From Octopus sinensis (Eukaryota), in assembly GCF_006345805.1 (NCBI RefSeq), contig NC_042999.1, positions 143,964,001 through 144,028,000 of the forward strand: a stretch of DNA of 64,000 bases, read 5' to 3'. Of this stretch, positions 35,810-50,675 are shown piece by piece. The position numbers and the translations under genes are program-made. The notes beneath the pieces are model-generated. The model ran no database searches, was not told where the DNA came from, and saw nothing but the letters and a program-made list of their open reading frames with translations. Numbering within the stretch: the first letter of the stretch is position 1; every line of letters begins with the position of its first letter.

Positions 35810-38330
35810 TGAGGTTGTTGTTGTTCTGTTGATTTACTCTCCTATTTTATCGTAATGATCTTGATGAAACACCGCAAAGCACTATCTCCTTCAGTCTGCA
35901 TAGTTGCTCAGATGAATCCCAAAGGCCTTTTTTCCCCTAATAATCAGGTGTTTCAAATTATCTTTGAACTCATCCTTATGCTGTAGAAGTGGCCGGCCTG
36001 CCTACAACGCGTAGAGAATTTTCAAGCTAACCATAAAGAATTTGTTTGGAGATTCGACCATCATTCATACGAGAGATGTGTCCACACCATCACATCTGAG
36101 ACTTGATTAAGAAAGCTTCTATACCAGGTACACCACACATTTCCAGGAAAGTGCTTTTCTTTACTCTATCATTCCACTTAACCTTGCATATTTGCCTAAG
36201 ACATATTAAAGTTGTTCACGTGACTGACATGCCTAAGGTAAAGTGTCCAGATCTCCGCTCAATATAAAGGAGTTGTTACGTCAACTGACATATACACGTC
36301 TATTTTGTCCTTACTGAGCTATCACGGGTATTCCAAACACAATCATAATGATTCCTAAAAACTGTACTAGCCTTTCCAATACGAATTTGGACTTCCTTAT
36401 CCAATTTAGTATCACTCGTTACTCAAGAACCTAAATATGTGAAAGCATCAATTGTTTTCAGAACTTTGTCTCCAATAAACATGCTGGGAAGATTTCTGGA
36501 CTGTTACTAGGTCATGACTGATACAACAGTTTAGTCTTTTTTAAGTTGATAGTTAAGCCAAAAGATCTGGCTACTGCTGCAAATCTATCAATGATAGATA
36601 TCCTCGAGTGTATAAGCAACTAGGGCGCAATCCTCTGAAAACAGTAAGTCTGTTATCGTCTGAGATGCAACTTTAGTCCTTGGTTTGAAATGCAACGTGG
36701 TTGGTTAAAGATGCTACCCATTGTCCTATATTCAAGAAACACACTCTCTTCTACCTTAGAAAAGGCGCTTTCCAGTAGTAATGCAAAAGTACAAATAATG
36801 CTCTTGCCATAACACAACATTATTTTATGTCATTTTTAGCATCAAAATGTTTAGATTGGCTAGAACAGATGTCTTAATATTCTTATGTAGGGACACTATG
36901 ACATTTAGCATTTGCTCGAGAATCCCGATCTTTGCCAATAGCTTCCAAAAATTCTGCCGACATACAGAGACAAAGGCTTTTGTAAGATCTACAAATACAG
37001 CATAAAGGTCTTTATTGTACTCCCAGACCTTCTGAAATTATCGCAAAGTGAATATCATATCCACTGTCCCTCGACTTGACATAAGCCCACACTGACTTTC
37101 TGGATAGACAGTACCGACTGTCATGGTTAATTTTGTTTAAGATGACTCTAGAGGGATTTTCCTGCAATAGAGCGCAGCGATATACCACGATGGTTGTCAC
37201 AATCACACTTATTACCTTTATACATATATCTACAACCAATGTATCTTTAAATTGTTGAGGGACAGTTCCTATTTGCTATATTCAAAGTATAAGCTTTGAC
37301 AATTTATCTGTCAAAGAATTAGCGCCACATTTAAAACTTTCTCCAGGAATACCATCCTCTCCTAGTGCTTTTCTATTTGTCAATTGTTTTACAGCCCCTT
37401 TCACTTCATCCAAACATGGAATCAATGAAGAAAGTCAATTACCAGTCTTTAGGAATATTGTTGATTGAGTCCATGTCTCTACTTGCATCTCTGTTGAGTA
37501 CATCTTTAAAATGTTCTGCTCAACGTTTCAATATTTCTGCGGAATTCTGCGGAATTCAGAAAGAACAGGAGAGCAACCTTCTTTACTTGTTCCAAATACC
37601 CACTTCAAATTTTGATGAAGACGTTTCATGTTATGTTTGTCTACTGATTATTGAAGAAATTTAACTTTTTCTTCCTACCACTTATGCTTCCTTTTTCGGA
37701 ATTTAATTAGAACAGGGATATTTGCAAATTTGTAAAGCTTTTTCTTACTAGCAGTGTTCTTTTCTGCAATCCAGTCTTGGTGAAGTCTGTGCATTTCTTG
37801 AAGATGTTCATTTATAACATCTTTTTCAGCAAACCAATCTTGGTTTTTACATCAAAAGCTAACTTCTTTGGATGACTCATAAATAATATCTCTAAGTCAA
37901 CATCAGGACTCTTCTAGATTTTCTGAGGTTCCTTATGTAACACCATGAAAGTTTTCAAGTGATTCATTATGTAATGTTATGTGGCTATTCATCAAGTGTT
38001 TGAGGGAGCATACCCTTACTGTTATCTACTTTGAGCTCTGAAATATCAAATTTCCTTATAAGTCTTTTACGACTTTGTTTATGGCCGGCTTTGGTCACAT
38101 TTTTATCTAATTACGAATTAAAGCGTGGTCAGACCAGCATTCTGCCTTGTGGAAAGCACGTGTTAGTTTAATATTATTTCTATCTCGGTTCCAGTCAATT
38201 ACAGAGTCAAGTGACTTTGACCTGATCTAGGCCCTGTTATAGGTTTCTTGCTGTAGATTTAATACTATTGCCAAATACGATCTAGCAACCTCTTCAATTT
38301 TGGTCCTCAGTATTCAGTATGGCATCTACA
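35810..38330 (-). mobile_element. Old, heavily degraded RTE-clade LINE
   Basis: Manual minus-strand translation: AECWSDHAL, CDCDNHRGISL, GTVDMIFTLR, YAVFVDLTKAF, FGLTINLKKTKLLYQ, FTYLGS, IRIGKAS. Confidence 0.8.
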
Positions 38331-38344
38331 CTTTGCAGTACTGT

Positions 38345-38480
38345 GTGCAGTCTACATAAATGGGATCATTCATAATTTTCGATCTTTCTACATTCAAATA
38401 ATAGGTACCTCTTTCTTGAAATCAACAATGGAGCTTCTATGCACAGATTCGATGCGTTAGAATCAGAAGCCAACAAGACT
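38345..38480 (+). repeat. Short unclassified interspersed repeat (also at 53688-53815)
   Basis: Shared aaatgggatc..ataggta(c/t)ctct..caacaatggagcttct..agaatcag. Confidence 0.65.
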
Positions 38481-38484
38481 CTGC

Positions 38485-39194
<710 letters not shown>

Positions 39195-39205
39195 CTACTT
39201 ACCAA

Positions 39206-41696
39206 GAGGTTCTGACTCATTGGAAGGCCCAATAACTCACGATGAACTTTTGAAATGTTTGAAAAAGGCAAAGAACAATAAAAGTCCAGGTTCGGATGGG
39301 TTCACTTATGATTTTTATAAATTCTTTTGGAAAGATTTATCTCCATTTTTGTTGAGGTCATTTAACTATAGCTTTGCTATGGGTTATCTGTCATTGACAC
39401 AAAGGCAAAGTATTATTATCTGTATTCCAAAAGGAGATATGCCCAAGCGTTTTTTGAAGAACTGGAGACCTATTTCACTTCTCAATACTGCCTACAAACT
39501 ACTCTAATCTGTTATTGCTGAGAGGTTTAAAAGTATCCTTCCAAAGTTGGTTAGTACTGATGAAACAGTATTCATATCTAACAGATATATTGAGGACAAT
39601 GTAAGATTGTTATTTGATCTGATGAAATACACAGAATTTAATGACATACCGGGAATGTTGTTTTTAATAGATTTTGAGAATGAATTTGATTCTGTCTCAT
39701 GGCCATTTATAAACAAGACATTAGCTTTTTTGGGTTTTGGTGATGACATCCATAAGTGGTTCAATATTCTGTACAATGGTGCTAGATCTTGCCTGATAAT
39801 TAACGGTACATTGTCTCTTTGGTTCCCTGTTGAGCGGGGCTGTAGACAGGGTGATTCTCTCTCTCTCTCCATATATTTTTATCCTCTGCGTCGAGGTCCT
39901 GGCTTGTCTTATAAGAAAAATCCGAGATATTAAGAAATTACAGTTGATGATAAGGAGTATCTGTTGACGCAATATGCAGACGATACAGAGTTCATTTTAG
40001 ATGATTCGCAAGAGTCATTTGAAGCTAGAGTTGACACCTTGAATTTTCGCGCTGATATATCCGAACTTAAAATTAACTATGATAAGTCACAGGTGATATG
40101 GATAGGTTGAAGATGGGGTAGCTCAGTCAGATACTTACCTAATTTTAGATATAAAATGGAACCCAGATTACTTCTAACTTCTGAGTGTAATATTCTAAAT
40201 GGATTTAAAGGATATGGCCAAAAAGAATTTTGAAAATAAATTATTTGAAATTCAGGTAATGATAAATAGATGGATGAAAATAATAATCTTCATTTCAAAA
40301 TTGAACTCTCTCTTCATTACTCTCCCAAATCTACCGGGTAAATTTCTCCAGGAACTAAACAAAATATTATTTAAATTTCTCTGGATTGGAAAACCGGATA
40401 AAATTAAGAGAGTTGTTGCCTGTAAGCCTGTTAAAGAAGGCGGACTTGGTATGGTCGAAGCTTTTGCTTACGTCAGCTCTTTAAAGCTATCCTGGATGAG
40501 AAAGTTGCTGGACATTCAGTATGAATCCAAATGGAAACACTTATGCTGTGCTTCCTCCACAAAACTGGAAAATTTAGCTGTATTTGGTAACGCTTTCCCT
40601 AGCAAACTAGCTAACACTATCAGGAATGATTTTTGGCATGACTATTTCTGCCTTTGACAAGTTTACAAATAAGACGGAGCCTAATTCATTTGATGAATTC
40701 ATAACAGAACCAATTTACTTAAATAAACATTTAAGTGTCAGTAAAGAGGCAATCTTTTTTCCTGCGTGGTTTGAGAGAGTTGTTAGCCAGATTCGTGACT
40801 TTTTCAATTTAGATAGATCTTACCGAACCCTGGAAGAATTCCAGAATTTTAAAAAAATAGATACAAATCTTCTCCCGTATAATGGGCTTATCAGGGCTAT
40901 TAAAAGCTAACATAAATAAGCAAACCTACTGCAATCCAACATTTAGAGGATAATACAGCTACCCGAAAGCTCATGTCTGTTCAAAAAGGACCCAAACGAT
41001 ACTACTGTGTTTTAAACAATGCTGAGGCTTGTTTAATATTCAAACACAAATTGGAAGAGTGTATGCTTGCTGAACTTGAATGGAAAAAGATACTACCTAT
41101 AAAAACAACAACATATACTAAACTACGATGGTTCCAGTTCAGAATTATACACAATGCTTTAGCAACTAATTCTCTACTATTCAAAATTAAATTGGCCGAA
41201 AGCAACATGTGCACTTTTTGTTAACGTGAGGTGGAGACGGTATCACACCTTGTCTGGTATTGTGAATGTGTACAGGCCTTCTGGCAACGCTTCTTAGATT
41301 TACTGTATGAAAAGTGCATACATGTTCGCAATATGAAACTTGACCCACAGTTCATCCTGTTCGGAATGAGAAAAAACACATAAACGGATAGCATCTTTGA
41401 CCTGTTAATATTATTAGCAAAATTTTTATATATAAAAGCAAAGTGTCAAAAAGCACTCTCAGCTTCAAACATTTTAGATACTTTCTGCACGACAGATATC
41501 GAATTGAAAAAAAAAACAGATCATACAATGAAAGCAAGCAAGATGAATTTTTATAAAAAAATGGAGGCTCTGCCATGAGTCTGTAAACGCGTGGTAGTCA
41601 TCTAGTGCTACTTCTTGTAGAACTGTATTAAGATATATCATTCTATTTATCTATTTTTCATTCCTTCTTTTCTCTATCTTCTCTTTCTTTGTTTTT

Positions 41697-41755
<59 letters not shown>

Positions 41756-41913
41756 GTTTATTTTTTATTTATATTTTTGTTGGTTTCTCTTTTACTTTCT
41801 TTTCAAAAAAAGGTCCTGTTCTCCATTTGTTCAATACAAAAATTCATGGTCCCCTAGCCGTGGTGTTTTAAATTATAACAGGGAAAACTGGAAATAAAAA
41901 GATAATTATAAAA
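39206..41913 (+). mobile_element. 5'-truncated L1/Tx1-group LINE with 15-bp target-site duplication
   Basis: KSPGSDGF, KNWRPISLLNTAYK, GCRQGD, QYADDT, FLWIGKPDKIKR..GGLG, LRWFQFRIIHNALATN..CTFC. TSD aagtctacttaccaa at 39191-39205 and 41914-41928, with an A-rich tail. Confidence 0.9.
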
Positions 41914-43689
41914 AAGTCTACTTACCAATATGTTCACCAACGTACATATTTAGTTCTCACACATAGCGTACATATATATATATATATATATATACTAGCA
42001 GTATCGCCCGGCGTTGCTCGGGTTTGTAAGGGAAATAACTATATAAGCATTTTTAGAGAGTTATAGCCAAAAAATAGCAAAAAAATGCATTAAAAATTGA
42101 AAAAAAATTAAGGTAAATTTTTTTTAAATCGTTGACACATCGTAGATATTTTTAGAGAGTTACTTCCCTTATATAAAAGCGAAAAAAATGCATTAAAATG
42201 GAAAAATATGATGGTAAATTTTTTTAAATCGTAGACTCATCGTAGACGCACGCTAATACCCAGAAGGCTCGATATGAATCACGACTATAAGATACCCACT
42301 TTTAGTTAAACTGCACCGCAAAATGTGGGAGTAGTTAGGAATCTAAATCGTAGGAGACAGACACACAACTTCACTCTTATATAAAGATGCTTTTTTTTTT
42401 TCAGTCATAGAGTTAGATTTATGAAGGTCTTCAGTAGAAAATCCTTCGAATTCTGACTCGCTGCTTGATATAATGAAATTCGTATCCATTTTTGTCAGAA
42501 TTACAAATTTGAAAACACAATAGGAACAAATTTCGGAAAAAAATCTCCCATAATTCACGGAATTAAAATTACACTTCGATTTTTGTACAAAACTGTAGTT
42601 GAAGTGTTTACGAAGTATAATACGTGTTTTCACGAATGTACTAAAGAGATTTGCTCTGATATTCTCATTTAAATATGAATAGGTAAATTCGGGCGGCTTG
42701 GTAACTATATATAAGTCGTCGTCTGTTTATACATAAACACTGTTTCATACTGCAATTATATATACATATATCTATATATAATATTATATAATAAAATATA
42801 TACAGAGTAAAATAAAAACCAATTTACCTTTTCTGTCCGTCCGTGTGTCTTTGCAAATGTGTTGGAATGATAAGTGAGTTGAGTTTTGGCGCCTTTTTTA
42901 CTAATAACAAACACACACGTGTTTGTATGTAGTTGTATGTGTATGTAGTTGTATGTAGTTGTATATGTATGTGTATGCGTGTGTGTGAGGAATGACACAC
43001 ACACACTCACGCACGCACACATGTACATCAATGCTTTCGGAGTGATATGTTAAAATATTGAGTTTTCTCGAATTTTGTCTTAATCGGTGGTAAAATTGAA
43101 AGAAATTTTTTATGGCATCACCCACTGAAGTACTCTGAAAAATCGTTGACTCATCGTAGACATTTTCAGAGAGTTACTTCCCTTATATAATAGCGAAAAA
43201 ATGCATTAAAATGGGAAAAAAAACGATGGTAAATTTTTTTTTAATCGTAGACTCATGTAGACGCCTTCTTAGCCATTTCTGTTTTGGTGTCTTCAAGCCA
43301 TGAAGTCGTTGTTCTAAAAGAACGCTGGTCTCCTTGACAACGCATTACGACGTTGATTTCCTTACACTCCCGTCCCCACAGGTGCAGGTGTGAGCGTGGA
43401 CGCCAACTCCGCCGCCATCGACACACGGAAAATTATGCATTAAAATGGAATAAAAAATTATGTTAAATTATTTTTTAAATCGTAGACTCATCGTAGACGC
43501 GCGCTAATACTCAGACGGGCTTGATATGAATCACGACTATAAGCTACCCGAATTTGGTTAAACTGCACCGCAAAATGTGGGAGTAGTTAGGAATCTAAAT
43601 CGAAGGGGACAGACACTCACACAACTACAGTTTTATATATATAGATATACATAGCGCAGTAGTGGTGAGATGTGACAGCAAAGAAAAGC

Positions 43690-43960
43690 ATACATTCACT
43701 CTCTGCATGCAATTAGACTCGGAAAGTTCGTGAGGAACCCATTGACCCAATTTGCTGACTTTTCCGATAGCACACAGGTCTCAATGAATGGTTGAATGAC
43801 CAAATCCAAGCTTCTCTGCTAGTTCCTCAACAGTTACGATGAGATTTTGTTCCACCAGGGTTTTCAGGATGTCCTTGTCGAGTTCTACAGATCTTTCAGG
43901 ATGAGGCTCGTCTTCTAGGCTGTTCCAATATAGCTTTGAAAAAAATAGCTGTTAAAATCG
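43690..43960 (-). pseudogene. Mariner transposase N-terminal fragment within the Helitron array
   Basis: LEDEPHPERSVELDKDILKTLVEQN..TVEELAEKLG..KLGQWVPHELS. Confidence 0.8.
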
Positions 43961-44113
43961 AAATGCACTCTTCAAAACTTGCACTATGAATAAGGACAAG
44001 ATAAAATTACTACCTGCTTTTATAGCAAGTTAATATAAGTAGTTTATCCCATTCCCCTCTGACTTTTAGTTCAAGCTGTTGAAAAAACCGCATTATTATA
44101 TATATATACATAC

Positions 44114-44146
<33 letters not shown>

Positions 44147-44474
44147 CACACACACTCTCTCTCTCACACACATGCACACATTTATATTCTGTTATTCTTC
44201 TATATGTTTCAGCCTTGAGGTTGTGGCCATGCTGGATCATGTGTGTGTGTGTCTATCTGTCTGTCTGTCTGTATGTATATATGTATATGTATGTGTGTGA
44301 ACAATAATATTTTCAACAGATGTGTTGCAAATGTATCTGATTGTTCTCAAGCTTCAATACTGTGTGTGTGTGTATGTGTGCGTGTGTGTGTATGTATGTA
44401 TGTATATGTATGTATGTATATGTATGTATGTATGTATGTATGTGTGTATGTATGTATGTGTGTGTATGTATGTA

Positions 44475-44507
<33 letters not shown>

Positions 44508-45117
44508 ATGTATGTATGTATGTATGTATGTATGTATGTATGTATGTATGTATGTATGTATGAGTGTATGTTTACTTTATTACTAACACAAGCCACTACG
44601 GTTATTTAATGTAAAGTCCTCCTCAAATCACTATCTCTGGCTATTTACTCTCTTCCAAGAACATTTTCACTCACACTTATGTGTTAGCTTCCCATACATT
44701 TTACTCATGTATCTATCAGCGTGATAGAGAGAAACAAATATTACATCTAGTTTCACTTTATTCGTTGCCCACTGTGTGTGTGCGTTTGCGTGTGGTGTAA
44801 ACCAGACTAAGAAAAGCATTTGACACACACACCAGAATGTGAGTTTTCTGTAAATTTTGCTTAATTGGAGATTAAATTTTAAAAACTGGACCTGGCATGA
44901 CGCGATGCATTGTACTCTCAAAAATGCTAGGTAAATTGTAATTGAAGAAATCCTATATTGTAGATTTGTATAACTCCCAAAGGGAGGCAGATAAAATCTG
45001 CCTTTTATAATAAGACTAGCAGAATTGCCCGGCGTTGCTCGGGACTGAATTGCTTGAAAGTACTGTTAATGATTGCACTGAATTATGATGATTATTCAGG
45101 TAAATATTGAAATAAGC

Positions 45118-45612
45118 TTACGGTGGGAGATAAGGACTTAACGCCAAACGTGTGCCATTGCATTGTTTTGGGGGAACCAAATTTCTGATGAGCATTATAG
45201 GGGCACTAACTTTAAGTTTGAGAAAGTGTGGTGGTAGTCCGGGGTGCTCAAAGGAATTGGGTACCTCTATTGGATAGTTGATGACGTCCTCTGGGTCAGG
45301 AGTTGTATCGATAGACTGATATACATCGACTTCCCCAGGAATGAGTTTTAGCATTTCATCATTAATATGGTGAACAGTTTTATTCCTCGGGGCCAGTATA
45401 ACCTTTTTGCCAATCCAATACATATTCTGATAATTAGCTTGTAGATCTGGGAACACTGCATCTCTGAGATCAGAAGGCGTCTTAACAATGGTACAAATGG
45501 AATCGATGGCAATATTACCATTTTCATCCCCTGGTATTTTGCCTTCGCCGAGTGCAAGGAGAGTGTGAGGAAATGCTGGTGATGTGATATTACGTCGCAT
45601 ATGAGCACGCAT
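45118..45612 (-). pseudogene. Helitron PIF1-like helicase fragment
   Basis: ILAPRNKTVHHIN, YQSID, GLPPHFLKLKVSAPIMLIRNL..CNGTRL; sense to the CTAG end ~100 bp downstream. Confidence 0.92.
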
Positions 45613-47620
45613 ATTGGTGTGAAGTTTGAGAGTTACTTCCGTTTATTTTTAAAATATGCATTAAAATGGAAAAAAATGATGGTAAATTATTTGTAAAATC
45701 ATAGACTCATCGTAGACGCGCGCTAATACCCAGAAGGGCTCGATATGAATCACGACTATAAGATACCCGGTTTGGTTAAACTGCATCGCAAAATGTAGGA
45801 GTAGTTTGGAATCTAAATCGGAGTAGACAGACACACAACTTTCTTTATATATAGATACATACATACACACACACATACATACACACACACACATACATGC
45901 ATACATACATATACACATAACGAGTAAAAAATTTCATTTATCTCTCTCTTTCACACATTACTCTCTCGTCTCTTCACACACACTAACAGAAGCACTTCAC
46001 TACACAACATTACTGTCTGTCTCCACACTCCATCAAACACACACACACACACAATGTACATCAATGAGTCCCATGCACGGTAACTTCAAAGGAACTTCCC
46101 TCGTCATACAATCGCTTTCTCTTAGTCTCTTTCGCTCTCATTACTTATGTAAAAAAATAAAAGTTTTTTCTATGTGTGTAAAGAGGAAGTGGGAGGCAGA
46201 GTGAAAGAATCATTCACTACAGTAAGTGAATTACTTTCATTTTATTCCTTGCCCACTGTGTGTGTGCGTTTGCGTGTGGTGTAAACCAGACTAAGAAAAG
46301 CATTTGACACACACACCAGAATGTGAGTTTTCTGTAAATTTTGCTTAATTGGAGTTTAAATTTTAAAAACTGGACCTGGCATGACGCGATGCATTGTACT
46401 CTTAAAACTGCTAGGTAAATTGTCATTGAAGAAATCCTATATTGTAGATTTGTATAACTCCCAAAGGGAGGCAGATAAAATCTGCCTTTTATAATAAGAC
46501 TAGCAGTATCGCCCGGCGTTGCTCGGGTTGTAAGGGAAATAACTATATAAGCATTTTTAGAGAGTTATAGCCAAAAAGTAGCAAAAAAATGCATTAAAAA
46601 TTGAAAAAAAATTAAGGTAAATTTTTCTTTAAATCGTTGACACATCGTAGATATTTTTAGAGAGTTACTTCCCTTATATAAAAGCGAAAAAAATGCATTA
46701 AAATTAAAAAATATGATGGTAATTTTTTTTAAATCGTAGACTCATCGTAGACGCGCGCTAATACCCAGAAGGGCTCGTTTGTTATTCTGGGTAACTTTCT
46801 GTAAAATTTTAAAATTTTTGTTCAAACATCGCTATAGAATGGGTTATTAGCTAATATTCAATGGGTATACAACAAAATTTTACGATAGAATTTGTATTCT
46901 GGGTAACTTTCTGTAAAATTATTAAATTTTGTTCAAACATCGCTATAGAAAAGGGTTATTAGCTAATATTCAATTGGGTATAAAACAAAATTTTACGATA
47001 GAATTTGTTATTCTGGGTAAATTCTGATACCCATAATAATATTTATGGCAAAATAGGCCTTAATTTCATTTAAGGTTGTGGGAAATAACAAAACTATCCT
47101 TTCTTTCGGTTTGTTTACGTTTAGCGTAATGATTTCAAATAGGCTCATTCGAAAAAGTAAATAGAATAGTCTAAGGCTTTACTCTTCTGGGAAAGTCTGT
47201 GGCTTGGTCCAGTTTCTTCAGAAAACTCACGAAAGAAACAGTTTTTAAATTTTCATCCATTCAGGTGCCAATTCGTTTTCTTATCGCTGTCGGATTCACT
47301 GTTTCACTTTAATAGCTGCCAACTTGCAAAAACAAAGGAGGAGAAGGGTGATAGCGTGAGTGAAACAATTCGCTCCTTTGTGTGTGTGTGCGTTTGCGTG
47401 TGGTGTAAACCAGACTAAGAAAAGCATTTGACACACACACCAGAATGTGAGTTTTCTGTAAATTTTGCTTAATTGGAGTTTAAATTTTAAAAACTGGACC
47501 TGGCATGACGCGATGCATTGTACTCTTAAAATTGCTAGGTAAATTGTAATTGAAGAAATCCTATATTGTAGATTTCTATAACTCCCAAAGGGAGGCAGAT
47601 AAAATCTGCCTTTTATAATA

Positions 47621-47662
<42 letters not shown>

Positions 47663-47862
47663 CGAATTGTACAGCCATGAAACGATCGTAAGGTTTTACT
47701 CTTTATCTTTTATTAAACTTTTAATACTTTTGATATATATTTAAAATAATATAAATTAATTAATTTTATGTATTGGCTTATGTTTTTCATTGTTTGATTT
47801 GCCTAATAGTGGTTTTACCTCTAATTTAATATAATATGATATATATATATATATATATATAC

Positions 47863-47937
<75 letters not shown>

Positions 47938-48299
47938 ATATATATGCACACACATATATATACACATGCATACATATATACATATATATATATGCATGTA
48001 TGTACGTATATGCATATATGTATGTATGTATGCATGTATGTATACATGTAGATACTTAAAACATGGGTGTATGTATGTGTGTGTACGCAACACATACGCA
48101 TATATAGATGCAGATGAAGTTGTGAATTGTGTACGGAGTGGTGTAGGAGACAAATTTTGAGAACAAGTAAGTTTTAAAAAAGACATTAGAATCCATGAAA
48201 TATAAGATAAGAAATACGTCATCCATATTCTAGATGTATTTTGGTAAAACTTTGTGCACATGAACTGCAATCAGCCTTCAGTTTCGCTGTTTACTTCAA

Positions 48300-49270
48300 T
48301 ACGGGACCGCTAAATGGCTCTCATTTATTTTGGGTAGTAATCTAGACACTGATGGCATTCAGTGAAGTTATAGCATTGTGATTACGTCGATTAGTCAACC
48401 TTTCAACAACACTACAAACGTAGTTGTCCATGCTATTTAAATCTGACGAGTTTTGAGGCCACATGTTTGGGGTTACATGATTGCAAAATGATCTTATATC
48501 TAGTCTTGGATCATGTGGGCTTTGTGAGAATGAGCTGAGTTTTATTGAATCTTGTTGAATCTTGTTGAGTCTTGTTGAATCACGTATGGTCTTCCACTGC
48601 ATACTTCATCCATCCAGCGCTTAAAAACTACTCCAGTACCCAAATGTAACCAGCAGCATTAATTCTAAGACTCTATGGAATGATGTGAGGTGACATAACA
48701 ATACTTACTAAAGCCACTGCATCTGCAGTGAAGTCAGTGTGCATCCTGCTGGGGACATCAGTAGAATCTACTCATTTTTGGCCTTGGTCGAAATTTTTCG
48801 CATCAGAGAATAACCAAAACATTCCATGTGCGAGAGATTGTTTAACCCTGTCAATTACACAGTAGACCTTGATCAACGGTTTTCTTGTGTCTTTATAGAC
48901 ATGAATTAGCTTCTCTTCCGTACATATGACTTGTATCGCATGTCTTCATACGCTGCAGTTCTGGTAGTTCACTCGGACATCTGAAGCTCTTAGGAAATGG
49001 TCCTCATTGATTTTTCTGGGATCATCATATTTGAACCCGTTGGAGAAATGGTAGTATCTTTATTGCGTCGGAACGATTAGGATTTATTTTTTTCTTTGAT
49101 ACGGTTGAATCATTCCCACCAGAGGCTTCCAGTTCCTTCCGAACTTTGTGTAGAAAAGACCTTGTCACATTTAGAAACTTGACAATTTCAAAATCACTGT
49201 GTTCCTCACCTATGGCAACAATACCTGCATATGTTTTCGTTTCTTGTGTTATCGATTTATCTTCCGTCAG
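48300..49270 (-). pseudogene. maT/Tc1-mariner superfamily transposase remnant
   Basis: SDFEIVKFLNVTRSFLHKVRKEL, FSDAKNFDQ, PYVIQQDS, WPQNSSDLNSMDNYV. Confidence 0.8.
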
Positions 49271-50630
49271 GGACTTGAAAGAAATAAAAATCTTTTAATT
49301 CTTTTTTAAGAAAGTAATATATTAATAATTAAATGTCCTCAAATATCCATTGCATCCTGTTGTTGATTCTGCGTTGATCTTTTAACGATTATATTTATTC
49401 GGACAAGATAGTGTATATACTCCTATTGTTTATCTGAATGAAAAGGTCTATTGGCTGAATCCAGATTTCAAAGTGTACTCGATTATACATTGATGCAGGA
49501 GTTGGCTGTAGTGATGCCAACAAAGCTATCTTCACAGTAGACTACTAAATTTAGGGACTTTAAATTGATGGACGTTATGAAATTGCATTTCAGTAAAGAA
49601 TTAAGACTTGTGGTGAGTGATAAATTTTCGCATTGATTTTAATATGAAGCAAAGTTAGCTGTGTACTATTTATTTTAAAAGTTACGCAGGCAAATGGGAA
49701 TGTTAGTAATTGCTTTTCTTTTCAGCTGCAAAACACAAACTTAGTAAAACTAGAACTTACAGTTTATGTGTAGATATTAAGCGAAAAGAAAATCATGTGG
49801 CAATGCATAATCAATCCTCTTGTTTATTTCTCTGTTTGTTAGTGACTGTCTTTATCTCTGCCTTTCTCTAATGCTTCCAGTGTCCATTACTTTCTCTGCT
49901 TCTTCATTGGCGGACAGTAAATTTAAATTGATATGTATGAGTGTGAGAAACGTATTGTATTAAAGTCATCTACCAGTATATTGATATAAACACACGTAAG
50001 TACGTAAGTACATAGATGGTTGTGTGTGTGTAAAATTGTGTATGTGTTTTTTGTTTGCTTCTTTTCCTCTTAAGTTATTGTATTTTTTATGCCTAGGCAC
50101 TGTAGATAGTTTAAATGCTTCGGAATACTGGTTGAATGTAATAGTTTATAGTTAGTTTAGCATGTCTTAAACTTGAATACAATACAAAAGTTACCTAGCT
50201 GGATTGAATGTGCAACACACTTTTATTTTATTCCCTACTAAGCTACCAATACCGCCACTTCAGACATCTAATATTTCAGATTGTGAAGAAGATATAAAAC
50301 CTGAGCTGTTTCGCCAAAACAATCAATCATGTTTAATAGCTCAATTATGAATTTTGTTTGAGCTTGAAAACCAGTAGGAGAAAACAAAATCAAAATGGCG
50401 AATTTCTCTTGAGATTCCTTTTGCGTGAATATGTAACAGCAGGTTAGCTAACCATCATATATATATAATTATATATTTTTCGAATATCAGCTCTTTGGGA
50501 TGTGATTTGCTAGTTGATTGTCCTAATCTCTATTTCTGTGACTGAGTCGTGGTTAAAATGATATATCGACAAAGAAAATGAACATAAAGAATGATAGATG
50601 GAATGTAAAGAGCAGTACAAAAGCACACAG

Positions 50631-50675
<45 letters not shown>

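Larger units (their letters stand above)
41995..47625 (-). mobile_element. Head-to-tail array of composite non-autonomous Helitrons inside a (TA)n tract
   Basis: Three hairpin+CTAG 3' ends (41995, 45016, 46500). Three copies of a ~250-bp TC-starting 5' module (ending 45015, 46499, ~47625). Three A|TC inner 5' ends (42387, 43645, 45855). Confidence 0.85.

Noticed and set aside
44765-47625. Recurring ~250-bp unit as a CRISPR-like or satellite array
   Set aside because: Units are long, irregularly spaced and bounded by Helitron termini; there is no short repeat-spacer structure.
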